Shown one piece after another: positions 47,256-56,444 of a stretch of DNA of 64,000 bases (position 1 is the stretch's first letter; every line of letters starts with the position of its first letter). The stretch lies in NCBI GenBank assembly GCA_963827235.1, contig CAWHAE010000018.1, positions 96,001-160,000 of the forward strand, written 5' to 3'. The notes under the pieces were generated by a model. It worked only from the letters and a program-made list of their open reading frames with translations, had not been told where the DNA came from and ran no database searches. The DNA is from an uncultured bacterium. GTDB lineage: Bacteria > Chloroflexota > UBA5177 > JANWHV01. A program made the translations under genes and the position numbers.

Positions 47256-50168
47256 TCAGGTGTTCAGAGCGTAGAGCCAGCGGCCGGAGAGAGCCGCGGT
47301 CACGTCGAAGGTCAGCACACCGCCGTCGATCGAGCACGGAACTGACTCGCCGCGGCTGCCGGGCTTCGCGCCTTCCGCCACCAACGCGAGGCTCTCCGGC
47401 AGATCGGGGATCGGTATGTGAATGCGGCCCTCGCCTCGAATGCGTATCTGCAGCACGGCGCCGCCGGGAACGCGGCGTGCGTCACTCACCGGCGCCCAGG
47501 CCGCGTCGACGTCCAGGCCTTTCGCGAAGACAGCCTGCTGCCCGTCGACGGTAATGGACGTCGATCCGCTGCCCGCGAACGCGATCAGCTCGTCGTGGTC
47601 ATTCAGGCGGAACGTCATCGCGCCCAGGCCCTCGTAGTCGACTCGGTGCCCGCTGATGCGGGCATCCTGGAGCGCTATGGTGCGCGAAGGCAGCACGACT
47701 CCGGCCAGCGCCGCCGTGTCCGCCGCTTCGTCGCGGGCGAATCCGCCCGGCCAGCACTCCTCCACCTCGCGCAGATGCGGGGCCACGGCGATCGCGCCGT
47801 TGGGGAAGCGGCAAGCCAGGTAGGGGCCGGTGCGCGAAAGGTACTCGGTATTGTCGTTGCCCGTGCCGGAGGCGCCGGTGGGCGGATAGGCTCCCAGTGC
47901 ATGCAGGATCTCAAAGAACGTGCGCTGATCGTGCCCCAGGCTCCGCGATTGGTCGTCGCGGGCGCGGAAGCCGAGGAAGGTCGCGCTGCCTCCACCGGGC
48001 ATTATGCGGCGCACGCCGACCACCCGGTGCTTGACGCGGGCCACGACCTCCGAGCCGGCCGTGGCCGTCACCGGGTAGATCCGGTCGGGCAGCAGGTGAG
48101 TCAGTATCGTCTGTGAGGCGATGTCGCCCAACGCCCCTTCAAACACCACGTCCATGCCGGCAGCCATCTTGCCCGGCTCCTGCGAGGGTGCAGTCCGGCA
48201 GCCGAAGAGCGATTGCCAGGACTCCAGGATTCGCCGGCCGCTCGCATCGAGCAGCGGCGGCGGGCCGCTCCAGATCGCGCGCCCGCCGCTCTGCGCCAGG
48301 CCGGCAAGCATCGCCAACAGTCGGGAGTCTGGAAACGGTTCAAAGGTGATCACCAGAGTGGTGAAGCGCCTGCCGCGAATCCAGATTGCGCCGTCGCGCA
48401 CCGTGCCCAGCTCCAGCAGCTTAGTCTGGCTGATTACGTTGGCGTAGCCGTACTGCACGGTCCAGCTTCCGAAGCGCGGATCGGCGGCTACCAGATCCAG
48501 CGGATAGACCATGAGGACGTCGACGTCGCGGTGTTGCATCTCCTGCACCATGCCGAACCAGGGCTCTCCGGCGGTACCGTAGGCGTTCATCAGGTCCATT
48601 CGCCGCCTGCCGATCACCTCGGGCATGCCCCAGTGATAGGCGTAGGAATACGGCACGTCGTTGACGATCCCGGTCGAGCAGGCCAGGGCAAGGCCGAGGT
48701 AGTCGCGGTCCAGCCAGCCGCACTCCGCGTGATCGTTGCCGCCGCCGGTCAGGAACTCGCCCCACTTGAAGTAGTCGAAGCAGGCAGCCGCGGCCTGGTG
48801 CACGGTGTTGGACCACACGAATTGGCTGGTGTACTCGTACTGGCGCGCGTACTGGTTCTCCTGTCCGTGCTCCCAGCTATCGATGGTCGGGCTCTCGGCC
48901 CAGGTCGCGTGTGCACGTGCCTCCAGGCTGTAGCCGAGCCGCGTCTCCAGATGCCGCTTGGCACCCAGGAACAAGTCGACTACCTCGTCCTGCAGGAGGT
49001 GGTAGTACCGCGCGCGAAACAGAGCGGTCTGGGCAATCTCCTCCGGCGTGTCGCCGAAGACGTGCGAGAGATCTCGCTTGGCTGTCAGATCGGGCGCGGA
49101 GTCCTCCTGACCGGAAACAAAATAGAGCATGAACGGCGCGAAATCGGCGTATCGGTCGCCATAGTGCTCGGCGAAGCACCGTGCCAGGCCCGGGCTGGCG
49201 TAGCGCAGCGTGAACTCACCGTGATCGTGGTGGGTGAAGTAGCCCCAGTCCTGCTGGATGTGCAGCTCATCGGAGTAGAGCGCGTTGAGCCGCACGCCGG
49301 CGTCGATATAACGGCCGGCCAGATCGCGCAGGAACGGCGCTGCATCGGGACTGAAGTAGTCCATCTCGGGGCTGCGGTAGGACTGCACAACCAGCACGCG
49401 GTCGAGCGGGCCGGCGTCGGTGTCGCCCGACCCGTGGACGCGGACTCGCATGGCACTGTACCCGTCCGTAGCTACCCCTGCCCCGTTGCCGGGCTGAGAC
49501 TTCTGCCCGGCCCAGCGCTCCACGCCGCGTACGGTGACTTCGCGTATCGAGTCGGGCGCCACGACCAGGTAGGGCGTGCCGGGTATCGCACGCTCGCGGA
49601 ATGCGAATGCGCGCACGCCGGCGTCCTCCAGCTGCACGACACCCTTATTGTTCACCCACCGCTGCTGCTGCCAGAGCTCCACGCTGAACGCGCCGTTAAT
49701 CGGATCCCGGCGACCCTTGCGTGCCTGCAGCCACACGCCGCTCTCACCCTTCTGGCGGCGGAAGGCCGGGCCTATTTCCAGCGGGCTGAGCAGGCTCAGC
49801 TCCAGTGCCAGCCCGTAGCCGGCCGCGAAGCGAGAGAGGGCGGCTATGCGCTCAATGTATTCCGGCGCGTCCGGAGTCAAGCTGCGCGGCGCATGCTGGC
49901 CCGGCCTGTACTGGCCGAAGAAGTGGTCGTACGCGACGATCAGCGTGCGCTGTCCCCTGGACTGAGCGCGCTCGCAGACCTGGCGCAGGCTCTCCACGCG
50001 CCGCTCGTAGGTCAGCGACAGGTCGATCTGTCGATCGGGATCGGCCAGGTTGATCAAGTCTTGATCGCTGACCAGAATGAGCTGGGCCTTCTCCATGCCG
50101 AGGCCCCAGGGACCGGGATAGGTCAGCAACTCACCCCGGTACGTGTTTTCCTGCACCGTGTGCTCCAT
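47256..50168 (-). CDS. large hypothetical protein, 970 aa (possible glycoside-hydrolase-like)
   Basis: AAAGGAG RBS; YSDE, HATWAESP, GGNDHAE blocks; later region resembles a GH42-type middle domain. Confidence 0.72.
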   Translation of the reverse strand: MEHTVQENTYRGELLTYPGPWGLGMEKAQLILVSDQDLINLADPDRQIDLSLTYERRVESLRQVCERAQSRGQRTLIVAYDHFFGQYRPGQHAPRSLTPDAPEYIERIAALSRFAAGYGLALELSLLSPLEIGPAFRRQKGESGVWLQARKGRRDPINGAFSVELWQQQRWVNNKGVVQLEDAGVRAFAFRERAIPGTPYLVVAPDSIREVTVRGVERWAGQKSQPGNGAGVATDGYSAMRVRVHGSGDTDAGPLDRVLVVQSYRSPEMDYFSPDAAPFLRDLAGRYIDAGVRLNALYSDELHIQQDWGYFTHHDHGEFTLRYASPGLARCFAEHYGDRYADFAPFMLYFVSGQEDSAPDLTAKRDLSHVFGDTPEEIAQTALFRARYYHLLQDEVVDLFLGAKRHLETRLGYSLEARAHATWAESPTIDSWEHGQENQYARQYEYTSQFVWSNTVHQAAAACFDYFKWGEFLTGGGNDHAECGWLDRDYLGLALACSTGIVNDVPYSYAYHWGMPEVIGRRRMDLMNAYGTAGEPWFGMVQEMQHRDVDVLMVYPLDLVAADPRFGSWTVQYGYANVISQTKLLELGTVRDGAIWIRGRRFTTLVITFEPFPDSRLLAMLAGLAQSGGRAIWSGPPPLLDASGRRILESWQSLFGCRTAPSQEPGKMAAGMDVVFEGALGDIASQTILTHLLPDRIYPVTATAGSEVVARVKHRVVGVRRIMPGGGSATFLGFRARDDQSRSLGHDQRTFFEILHALGAYPPTGASGTGNDNTEYLSRTGPYLACRFPNGAIAVAPHLREVEECWPGGFARDEAADTAALAGVVLPSRTIALQDARISGHRVDYEGLGAMTFRLNDHDELIAFAGSGSTSITVDGQQAVFAKGLDVDAAWAPVSDARRVPGGAVLQIRIRGEGRIHIPIPDLPESLALVAEGAKPGSRGESVPCSIDGGVLTFDVTAALSGRWLYALNT

Positions 50169-50240
50169 GCGCGGCTTGCTCCTTTCGCCCGCGCCTCCCC
50201 TGCGGCGGTCGCACGGCGCGGCAGTGTGGAATCGACAGTG

Positions 50241-51131
50241 TCACGCCTTGATTGCGCCGCTGGTGATACCCGCGATGAAGTACTTCATACCGAAGAGGAA
50301 CAGCACGAGCAGCGGCACCGCTGAAATCGCGCAGGAAGCCATCAACGGCCCGTAGTCGGTAATACCGTGGGAGCCGGTGAACTGGTAGAGACCCACACTG
50401 ACTACCTGCTTGCTGTCGTCGCCGATGATCAGCAGGGGCCAGATGAAGTCGTTGTAGTCGGCCACCATGGTGAGGATGGCGATAGTCATCAGGATCGGCC
50501 AGCAGAGCGGCACGGCGATCCGGTACCAGAGCTGCAGCTCGCTGGCGCCGTCGATACGCGCCGCTTCAAAGAGCTCTTGCGGCAGGTTGGCCACGAAGCT
50601 CCGGCACAGGAAGATGCCCAACACCTGGCCGCCGGCTGCCCAGGGCAATATCAGGGCCAGAGGCGTGTTGGCGAGACCGACCTGGTGCACCAGCACGAAC
50701 AACGGCGTCAGCGTGAGAATGCCGGGAATGGCCAGCAGCCCCAGGATCAACACGAAGAGCACTTCCTTGCCGGGAAAGCGATGCCGGGCAAACACGTAGC
50801 CGGAGAGCGAGGACAGCAGTACCGTCAACACCACCGCGACCAGCGCATCGAGCGTCGTGTTGACCGCGTAGTGAATGATCTTGTGGTAGCTGTCCGCGTA
50901 GTTGCTCGGTAGCCACGGGTCGGGCAGTCCCCAGAAGTTGCTGTAGATCTGGCCGTTGTTGCGCACGGACATGGTGAGCATGATCAGGAGTGGCACGAAC
51001 GTGAGCAGGATGAAGACGCCCACTACGAGATACAGCCCGCCTTGCTGCAGCCATGCCTTGCTGCGCTGCCAGAGACGTGCCGGACCGATGTCGCCCGTGG
51101 CGGTACGCATGGATGCGTTCGGTGCAGCCAT
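50241..51131 (-). CDS. carbohydrate ABC transporter permease (MalG-type)
   Basis: ELFEAARIDGA; YNDFIWPL. Confidence 0.93.
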   Translation of the reverse strand: MAAPNASMRTATGDIGPARLWQRSKAWLQQGGLYLVVGVFILLTFVPLLIMLTMSVRNNGQIYSNFWGLPDPWLPSNYADSYHKIIHYAVNTTLDALVAVVLTVLLSSLSGYVFARHRFPGKEVLFVLILGLLAIPGILTLTPLFVLVHQVGLANTPLALILPWAAGGQVLGIFLCRSFVANLPQELFEAARIDGASELQLWYRIAVPLCWPILMTIAILTMVADYNDFIWPLLIIGDDSKQVVSVGLYQFTGSHGITDYGPLMASCAISAVPLLVLFLFGMKYFIAGITSGAIKA

Positions 51132-51141
51132 CCTACCTCCT

Positions 51142-53169
51142 TTACACCTCGTACTCGGTCGCGGTCCGCACGAATCGCAACTGAATCAGCGTGACCACGA
51201 GAATAGCGGCAAACAGGGTCACGCCGATCGCCGCCGCGAAGCCTTTGTCCGAGAATCGCGTGATGTTGTAGTACATCTCGAGGCTGGGCACGTAGGTGCT
51301 GTCCAGCGGGCCGCCGCCGGTCAGGATCAGAATGCCCGTGAAGTCCTGTATGCCGCCGATGAACGTCAGGATCATCAGCAGCTTGATCTGGCCCATCAGA
51401 AGAGGCAGGTGCATGGACGTGATGCGCCGCAGAGCGCCGGCGCCGTCTACCGTCGCGGACTCGAGCACCTCGCCCGGGATCGCCAGCAGCCCGGCGTACA
51501 GCACGAGAAGCGGAAGCGCCGTGATCCACGGGAAGCCGACGAAGATGACGGAGCCCAGGGCAGTACCCGTCTCGCCCAGCCAACTGTGTTTCCAGGAGGA
51601 GAGGCCCACCGAACCCAGGAAGTTGTTCAGCAGGCCCAGATTCGGGTCGTAGATGAAGCGCCACACCAGAATCGTGGCCACCGCCGGCACGATAGTAGGC
51701 ACGATGAAGGCAGTGCGGATCCAGTACTGCGCCCGCGTCGAACGGAGATGATAGATGATCTCCGCCACGATCAGCGGGAAGACGACAGTCTTGATGAGGC
51801 CGGTGATCAGCAGGATGGTCAGATTGGAGAAGCCGTTGGTCAGATAATGGTCCTGGCCCATAGCCTGGAAATTGTCGAATCCGACGAAGTGCGAGCTACC
51901 GTCGTCGTTCCACACAGTCAGCGAATGGTAGAGGCCGGACACGGCAGGATAGTAATTGAAGAGGGCGAGTATGGCAAAAGTGGGCAACAGCATCAAGTAC
52001 GACAGGCGCGCGCGCCAGAGCTGCCGTCCGGACCGGCGCAGCCACGTTCCCTGACTGTGCGCGAGTATCCTGCCGCGCGGCGTGGCGCGCAGATAGAGCG
52101 CGTAGAGCGACGCCAGCACGATGGCGATCGCCGCTCCTATTGCAAGACGCAGATAGAAGTCGCGCTGCGCCGCCTGGGACGCCGCCAGCTCGCCGCCGGA
52201 GCTGATCGCCGCCGCCGTGCCGTTGTCAAGCCCGTAGATCAGGGTATGGGCGTCGCCGGAGAGCGCTACCGAGTATCCCAGGTGACCGGTGGACTTGCTG
52301 AACACGACGCCGCCGTTGCCGTTCAGCAGGCTGATGTTCCCATCTTCGGAAGCGTAGGCAATGCGAGTGGCGTCGGCGGTCATGGCCACGGCATGAATCT
52401 TGTCGCCCGCGCCATGCGTCCAGAGCTGCTTGCCCGTGCCGTCGAAGACGTAGAGCGTGTGATCGTCGGAGCCTGCCGCCACCCGGCTGCCGTCCCGCGA
52501 TATCGCCACGCCATCCATGCGGTCGTTGCCGCCCTGCTGCCAGACCTGGCTGCCGCTGCCGTCGAAGTAGGTCACGCTGTCGTCGTCGGCGCCTACCACG
52601 ATGTGCTTGGCGTCGGCGGTCACGGCGACCGAGAGGGCGCTGCCGGACAACTGGGCGCGCCAGAGCAGCTTTCCTCCGTGATCGAGCTCGTAGAGGTGCT
52701 CGTCTTTCGTCAGCGACGTGGTGTCGTTCACGCCGTAGACGATGCGCTGCGCTCCCGGCGTGAGGGCCACGGAGCCGAGCGGCCCGTTGACCGTCTGTTT
52801 CCACACCAGGTGCCCGCTGGGCGTGAACAAGCTAAGGGTACTGTCGGCCGATCCGATAGCCACGTAGGTCGCGTCGGGCGCCACCGCGACCGCGGTCACC
52901 GCATTGCCGGTGGTGTATTTCCACAGCAGCTTGCCGGCGCCGTCGAACACATAGGCGGTTGAATCTCTCGAACCTATTGCCGTCAACGAGGCGTCGGACG
53001 ACGTGCTGATCGAGTAGACGATGTCTTTGGTCGCGAAGCTCCAGAGCTGGACGTTGTCCGCCCGGGCGGTCGCCGGCATGAGCCAGCAAGCAAGCACCGC
53101 TACGAGAGGCACCAGCCAGAGCAACCAACGCGTCGTGCCCCAGTGCTTCACCTTGAGCCGCCGTTTCAT
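51142..53169 (-). CDS. 7-bladed WD40/PQQ-like beta-propeller fused to a MalF-type sugar ABC permease, 675 aa
   Basis: Signal peptide (..TARA-D), seven ~40-aa repeats LW...VA...DG..VA.GS.D..L..F, a TM helix, then a permease with EVLESATVDGAG. Confidence 0.88.
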   Translation of the reverse strand: MKRRLKVKHWGTTRWLLWLVPLVAVLACWLMPATARADNVQLWSFATKDIVYSISTSSDASLTAIGSRDSTAYVFDGAGKLLWKYTTGNAVTAVAVAPDATYVAIGSADSTLSLFTPSGHLVWKQTVNGPLGSVALTPGAQRIVYGVNDTTSLTKDEHLYELDHGGKLLWRAQLSGSALSVAVTADAKHIVVGADDDSVTYFDGSGSQVWQQGGNDRMDGVAISRDGSRVAAGSDDHTLYVFDGTGKQLWTHGAGDKIHAVAMTADATRIAYASEDGNISLLNGNGGVVFSKSTGHLGYSVALSGDAHTLIYGLDNGTAAAISSGGELAASQAAQRDFYLRLAIGAAIAIVLASLYALYLRATPRGRILAHSQGTWLRRSGRQLWRARLSYLMLLPTFAILALFNYYPAVSGLYHSLTVWNDDGSSHFVGFDNFQAMGQDHYLTNGFSNLTILLITGLIKTVVFPLIVAEIIYHLRSTRAQYWIRTAFIVPTIVPAVATILVWRFIYDPNLGLLNNFLGSVGLSSWKHSWLGETGTALGSVIFVGFPWITALPLLVLYAGLLAIPGEVLESATVDGAGALRRITSMHLPLLMGQIKLLMILTFIGGIQDFTGILILTGGGPLDSTYVPSLEMYYNITRFSDKGFAAAIGVTLFAAILVVTLIQLRFVRTATEYEV

Positions 53170-53352
53170 GGCTCAGCTATGCCAGTAGCCATAAGCCCAT
53201 CAGGCCCTTCATTATTCGGCTCGGGACTCGTCCCTAACGGGAAGCGTGCTCAACCCCGGCCGCGGAGGCGGTCGCCGGCGGATCCGAAGGACATGCTCGG
53301 TCGTATCGGTCACATTCCGCCGGCGTCCACCGCCGTGGTCGGAAGGGGCGAG

Positions 53353-54969
53353 CTACTGGCGCGTAGGCGGCTGTTTGGCCGGCGTCAGCAAGTCGCTATC
53401 GGCGTACTTCTGGAACTTGAGCACGTTCTCGAAGTTGCTTTGCACGTTGTTCTCTTCGGCCGTGGCAAACTGCGGGGTCGTGACCTTGTTGGCGAGGTAC
53501 TCCTGCATGAGATTCACCCAGGCGCGCACGCTCGACTGATAGTCGTCGAAACCACGAGCGCCTACCCCGGACGTACCCTGCTTCTCGGTGTTGCCAACGA
53601 ACTTGATCGCCGAATAGCGCGCGGCGAGAGAGGAAGGAAGCTGCACGTTCTTGATGATCGGCGGCCCGGTCAGCGAGCCGTCGGGGCTGTTCACGCTGTA
53701 CTGCATGAATTTGCCGTAGCCCGCGGGGCTCGTGAACCACTCGAGGAAGTCGATGTTGAGCTTGTTCTGCGCGAAGCTCTTCTTGGGCACGCCGTAGAAG
53801 TCGATCGCCACCTCGATGGTGCGGGCCGGAGCCTGTACGTACTGTCCGGTCATCGAGGGATTGTTGAAGGTGCCAAGGCTGAACGCCTGCAGCGCGCTCT
53901 TGGTCTTCGTCACCTTCACATCCTGAAGATCCTTCTCGAAGGAGCTGAGTCGCCAGCCGCCGTCGAGCAGGATGCCTGCCTTCTGCTGCAGGAAGAGCGC
54001 ATAGGCCGTGTCCTGCGTCATGCCATACCAGCCGGGCGGCGTGTAGTTCGACAGCAGGTCGTGTAGGTTCTGATCCACTGCCTGGATGGGCAGGCTATCG
54101 TCACGCCAGCGGTCCATCTGTGCCTGCGCGGCGGTATCCGAGAAGGACTTCTGGATCGCGATCAGGCGGCGCAGCGGATTGGTGGTGACCTTGTCGTTGT
54201 CGTCGTTGAAGGGATCGGCCGGGTTGTACTTCCAGGTCGGATCGATCGTCTTGTCGTACGTATAGTCGCCCGGCTGCGAGCGCTCGTCGTTGATCAGACT
54301 GCGGGTGTACTGGTCGGCGTACATGCGGAAGAGCCAACCGCCGTTGGCCGCCCACAACGAGTTGTAGTCGCCGGCCAGGGCCAGAGGTATGAGGCCCGCT
54401 GCCTTGAGCTTGGCGCAGTCCGCCAGCAGCTGCGGCCATGTCGTCGGAATGCCGCTGATGCCGGCCTTCTGGAAGAGCGCCTTGTTATAGAACCAGAGGA
54501 CCTGCACCGTCTCGAGATTCAGGTTCCAGATGTGGCTGTTGCTGCCATTGGAGGCCAGCATGGCCCGCAGGTCGATGGCATCCTTCCAGGGCTTGCCGCC
54601 GATGTACGGATCGGGCTGGTTCAGGTACGGACCGAAGTCCAGGAATTTCCCTGCGTTGTAGAGCGAGGCGTTCTGATTGTTATAGACGATGTCGAAGCTC
54701 GGGGTACCGGCCGCGAACCCTGCACTGATGTAATCGGCATAGTGCGAATCGGCGGGCTTGATGTCGACCACAACCTTGACCTTGGGATGCAGCGCCTCGT
54801 AGTCGAGGGCCAGCCGCTGCCATACGTCCTGATTGTTGCCCGAAAGATTGATGTTGATCGTCCCGCTCAGCGTGTCTGTCGCCGCCAGCGTCCGTGACGA
54901 GCTTTGCAGGGGCCCAACCAGCCCGATCAGGACGAGTAGCGCGACGACAACACGGATGTGTCTGGACAT
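53353..54969 (-). CDS. carbohydrate ABC transporter substrate-binding protein, 538 aa
   Basis: Signal peptide; YEALHPKVKV, FYNKALFQKAG, PTTW. Confidence 0.88.
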   Translation of the reverse strand: MSRHIRVVVALLVLIGLVGPLQSSSRTLAATDTLSGTININLSGNNQDVWQRLALDYEALHPKVKVVVDIKPADSHYADYISAGFAAGTPSFDIVYNNQNASLYNAGKFLDFGPYLNQPDPYIGGKPWKDAIDLRAMLASNGSNSHIWNLNLETVQVLWFYNKALFQKAGISGIPTTWPQLLADCAKLKAAGLIPLALAGDYNSLWAANGGWLFRMYADQYTRSLINDERSQPGDYTYDKTIDPTWKYNPADPFNDDNDKVTTNPLRRLIAIQKSFSDTAAQAQMDRWRDDSLPIQAVDQNLHDLLSNYTPPGWYGMTQDTAYALFLQQKAGILLDGGWRLSSFEKDLQDVKVTKTKSALQAFSLGTFNNPSMTGQYVQAPARTIEVAIDFYGVPKKSFAQNKLNIDFLEWFTSPAGYGKFMQYSVNSPDGSLTGPPIIKNVQLPSSLAARYSAIKFVGNTEKQGTSGVGARGFDDYQSSVRAWVNLMQEYLANKVTTPQFATAEENNVQSNFENVLKFQKYADSDLLTPAKQPPTRQ

Positions 54970-55087
54970 TGCGCGTTTCTCCCTCGTGTGTACATGGCCA
55001 CCTTGCCGGTGACTGCAGGCTTACCGCCCGCTCAGGGCGGGCAAAGAATCCCGATGAGCGGCGTCCCTCCTTTCTCCTCACGTACCG

Positions 55088-56110
55088 CTAGAGCTGCCTC
55101 GCGGCACACGTCGAAGCCCGCACGACCAGGTGTGAAACGACTTCCCTGCGCGCGGGCATACGGTCGGGCGCCGCCAGTCGCTCGAGGGTGACGTGAGCAA
55201 TCTGTTCACCCATCTGCCGCGATTCGAGGTCGACGCTGGTGAGCGGTGGTACGCAGTAGCGCGCCAGATACGTGTTGTCGAACGCGGCAACGCTCATCTG
55301 TCGCGGAACGGTGATATCGTTGGCGTGCAGCGCGGCGAGCACGCCCATGGCCAGCAGATCGTTGACCACGATCAGCGCCGTCGGAAGGTCGTCGGAGGCA
55401 CAATCGGAGAGGAGCGCCTGAGTGGCCCGATAGCCCTCCTCGATCGTGGGCCCGCAGTGGCGCACCCAGCGATCGAGAATCGGCAGGTCGAGCGAGCGCT
55501 GGATTTCCAGACAGCTCTGCAGGCGCGATCCCAGCAGGTTCTCGTCGACGACGCCGTAGATGTAGCCGATGCGGCGGTGTCCGAGGTTGGCGAGATGCTC
55601 CAGCAGCTCCCGCTCACCGCTCTTCCACTCCAGCAAGACATCACTGAAGAACGTGGACACCAGATAGCCCTGAGCACGGGCGGCGCTGATCTCTTGCTCG
55701 ATCTCCTCGCCGCTGCTGGAGCACACGATCAGCGCGTCCATGCGCCGCTGCTTGAGCCATTGCAGGCAGCGGCGCTCGCGCTTGACGTCGAACTTGGTGA
55801 TGATCACGACCACGCTGTAGCCGCGCTGCTCGGCCAGCGCTTCGATGGCGTCCGCGAGCTCCAGATAGTGCGGATTGCCGGCCTCGGGAATTGCCACGCC
55901 GAGAGTGTGCGTCGCTTTGCGGCTCAGGCTTCTGGCAGCCTCATGGGGATGGTAATCAAGCGCCGCGACGGCTTCATGCACGCGGGCGCGGGTCTCAGGC
56001 GTGATGGCAACGGCTTGAACGTCGTTGATGACGAGCGATACTGTCGTTTGCGAAACGCCGGCTAGACGCGCTACGTCGCGACTGGTGGCCCGCTTGGCCG
56101 GCGTTCTCAT
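55088..56110 (-). CDS. LacI-family transcriptional regulator, 340 aa
   Basis: TSRDVARLAGVSQTTVSLVIN, YHP...ARSL, GHRRIG, PPLTSV. Confidence 0.95.
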   Translation of the reverse strand: MRTPAKRATSRDVARLAGVSQTTVSLVINDVQAVAITPETRARVHEAVAALDYHPHEAARSLSRKATHTLGVAIPEAGNPHYLELADAIEALAEQRGYSVVVIITKFDVKRERRCLQWLKQRRMDALIVCSSSGEEIEQEISAARAQGYLVSTFFSDVLLEWKSGERELLEHLANLGHRRIGYIYGVVDENLLGSRLQSCLEIQRSLDLPILDRWVRHCGPTIEEGYRATQALLSDCASDDLPTALIVVNDLLAMGVLAALHANDITVPRQMSVAAFDNTYLARYCVPPLTSVDLESRQMGEQIAHVTLERLAAPDRMPARREVVSHLVVRASTCAARQL

Positions 56111-56133
56111 CGGTGAGAAACCTCCTCCCGTTA

Positions 56134-56193
56134 CTGTTCCGTATTACTAATACGGAACAGCGCAATCATAGGAGCTTTTGTCCTGCCTGTCAA
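56134..56193 (-). promoter_or_regulatory. promoter TTGACA-17-TATGAT for lacI, with a perfect inverted repeat CTGTTCCGTATTA-C-TAATACGGAACAG (56134-56160) at the start site
   Basis: -35 at 56188-56193, -10 at 56165-56170; 13-bp perfect arms. Confidence 0.75.
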
Positions 56194-56242
56194 GACGCCT
56201 GGACAATCTCGCTTATCGACCGCGAACGCGTACTTTCACGAA

Positions 56243-56271
56243 TTGACAAACCCCGGGCACCGCTGTACCGT
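56243..56271 (+). promoter_or_regulatory. promoter TTGACA-17-TACCGT for the GH106-like gene
   Basis: Hexamers at canonical spacing, divergent from lacI. Confidence 0.55.
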
Positions 56272-56444
56272 AGCGCTAGCGTGGTGGCACGGAGCGCCGC
56301 TGGCCTCGCCGATGAGCGCAGGGGCCATGGTTGGTGCTGAGCCGTCGTGGCCAGCGGGCCGACACCATTGCACTCCACACAGGCACCGTGTCCGAGGTCG
56401 ACGCATGGACCGCGAATACCCGTTGCCCAGAAATGAGATACAGA

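Noticed and set aside
45037-50324. Long plus-strand ORFs (745 aa, 703 aa) and similar antisense ORFs elsewhere (50956..52962, 37323..39269, 62019..63986)
   Set aside because: Shadow ORFs of high-GC genes on the opposite strand; no motifs.
52200-53050. Periodic ~120-bp similarity resembling a repeat array
   Set aside because: These are degenerate protein-level beta-propeller repeats, not CRISPR or DNA tandem repeats.
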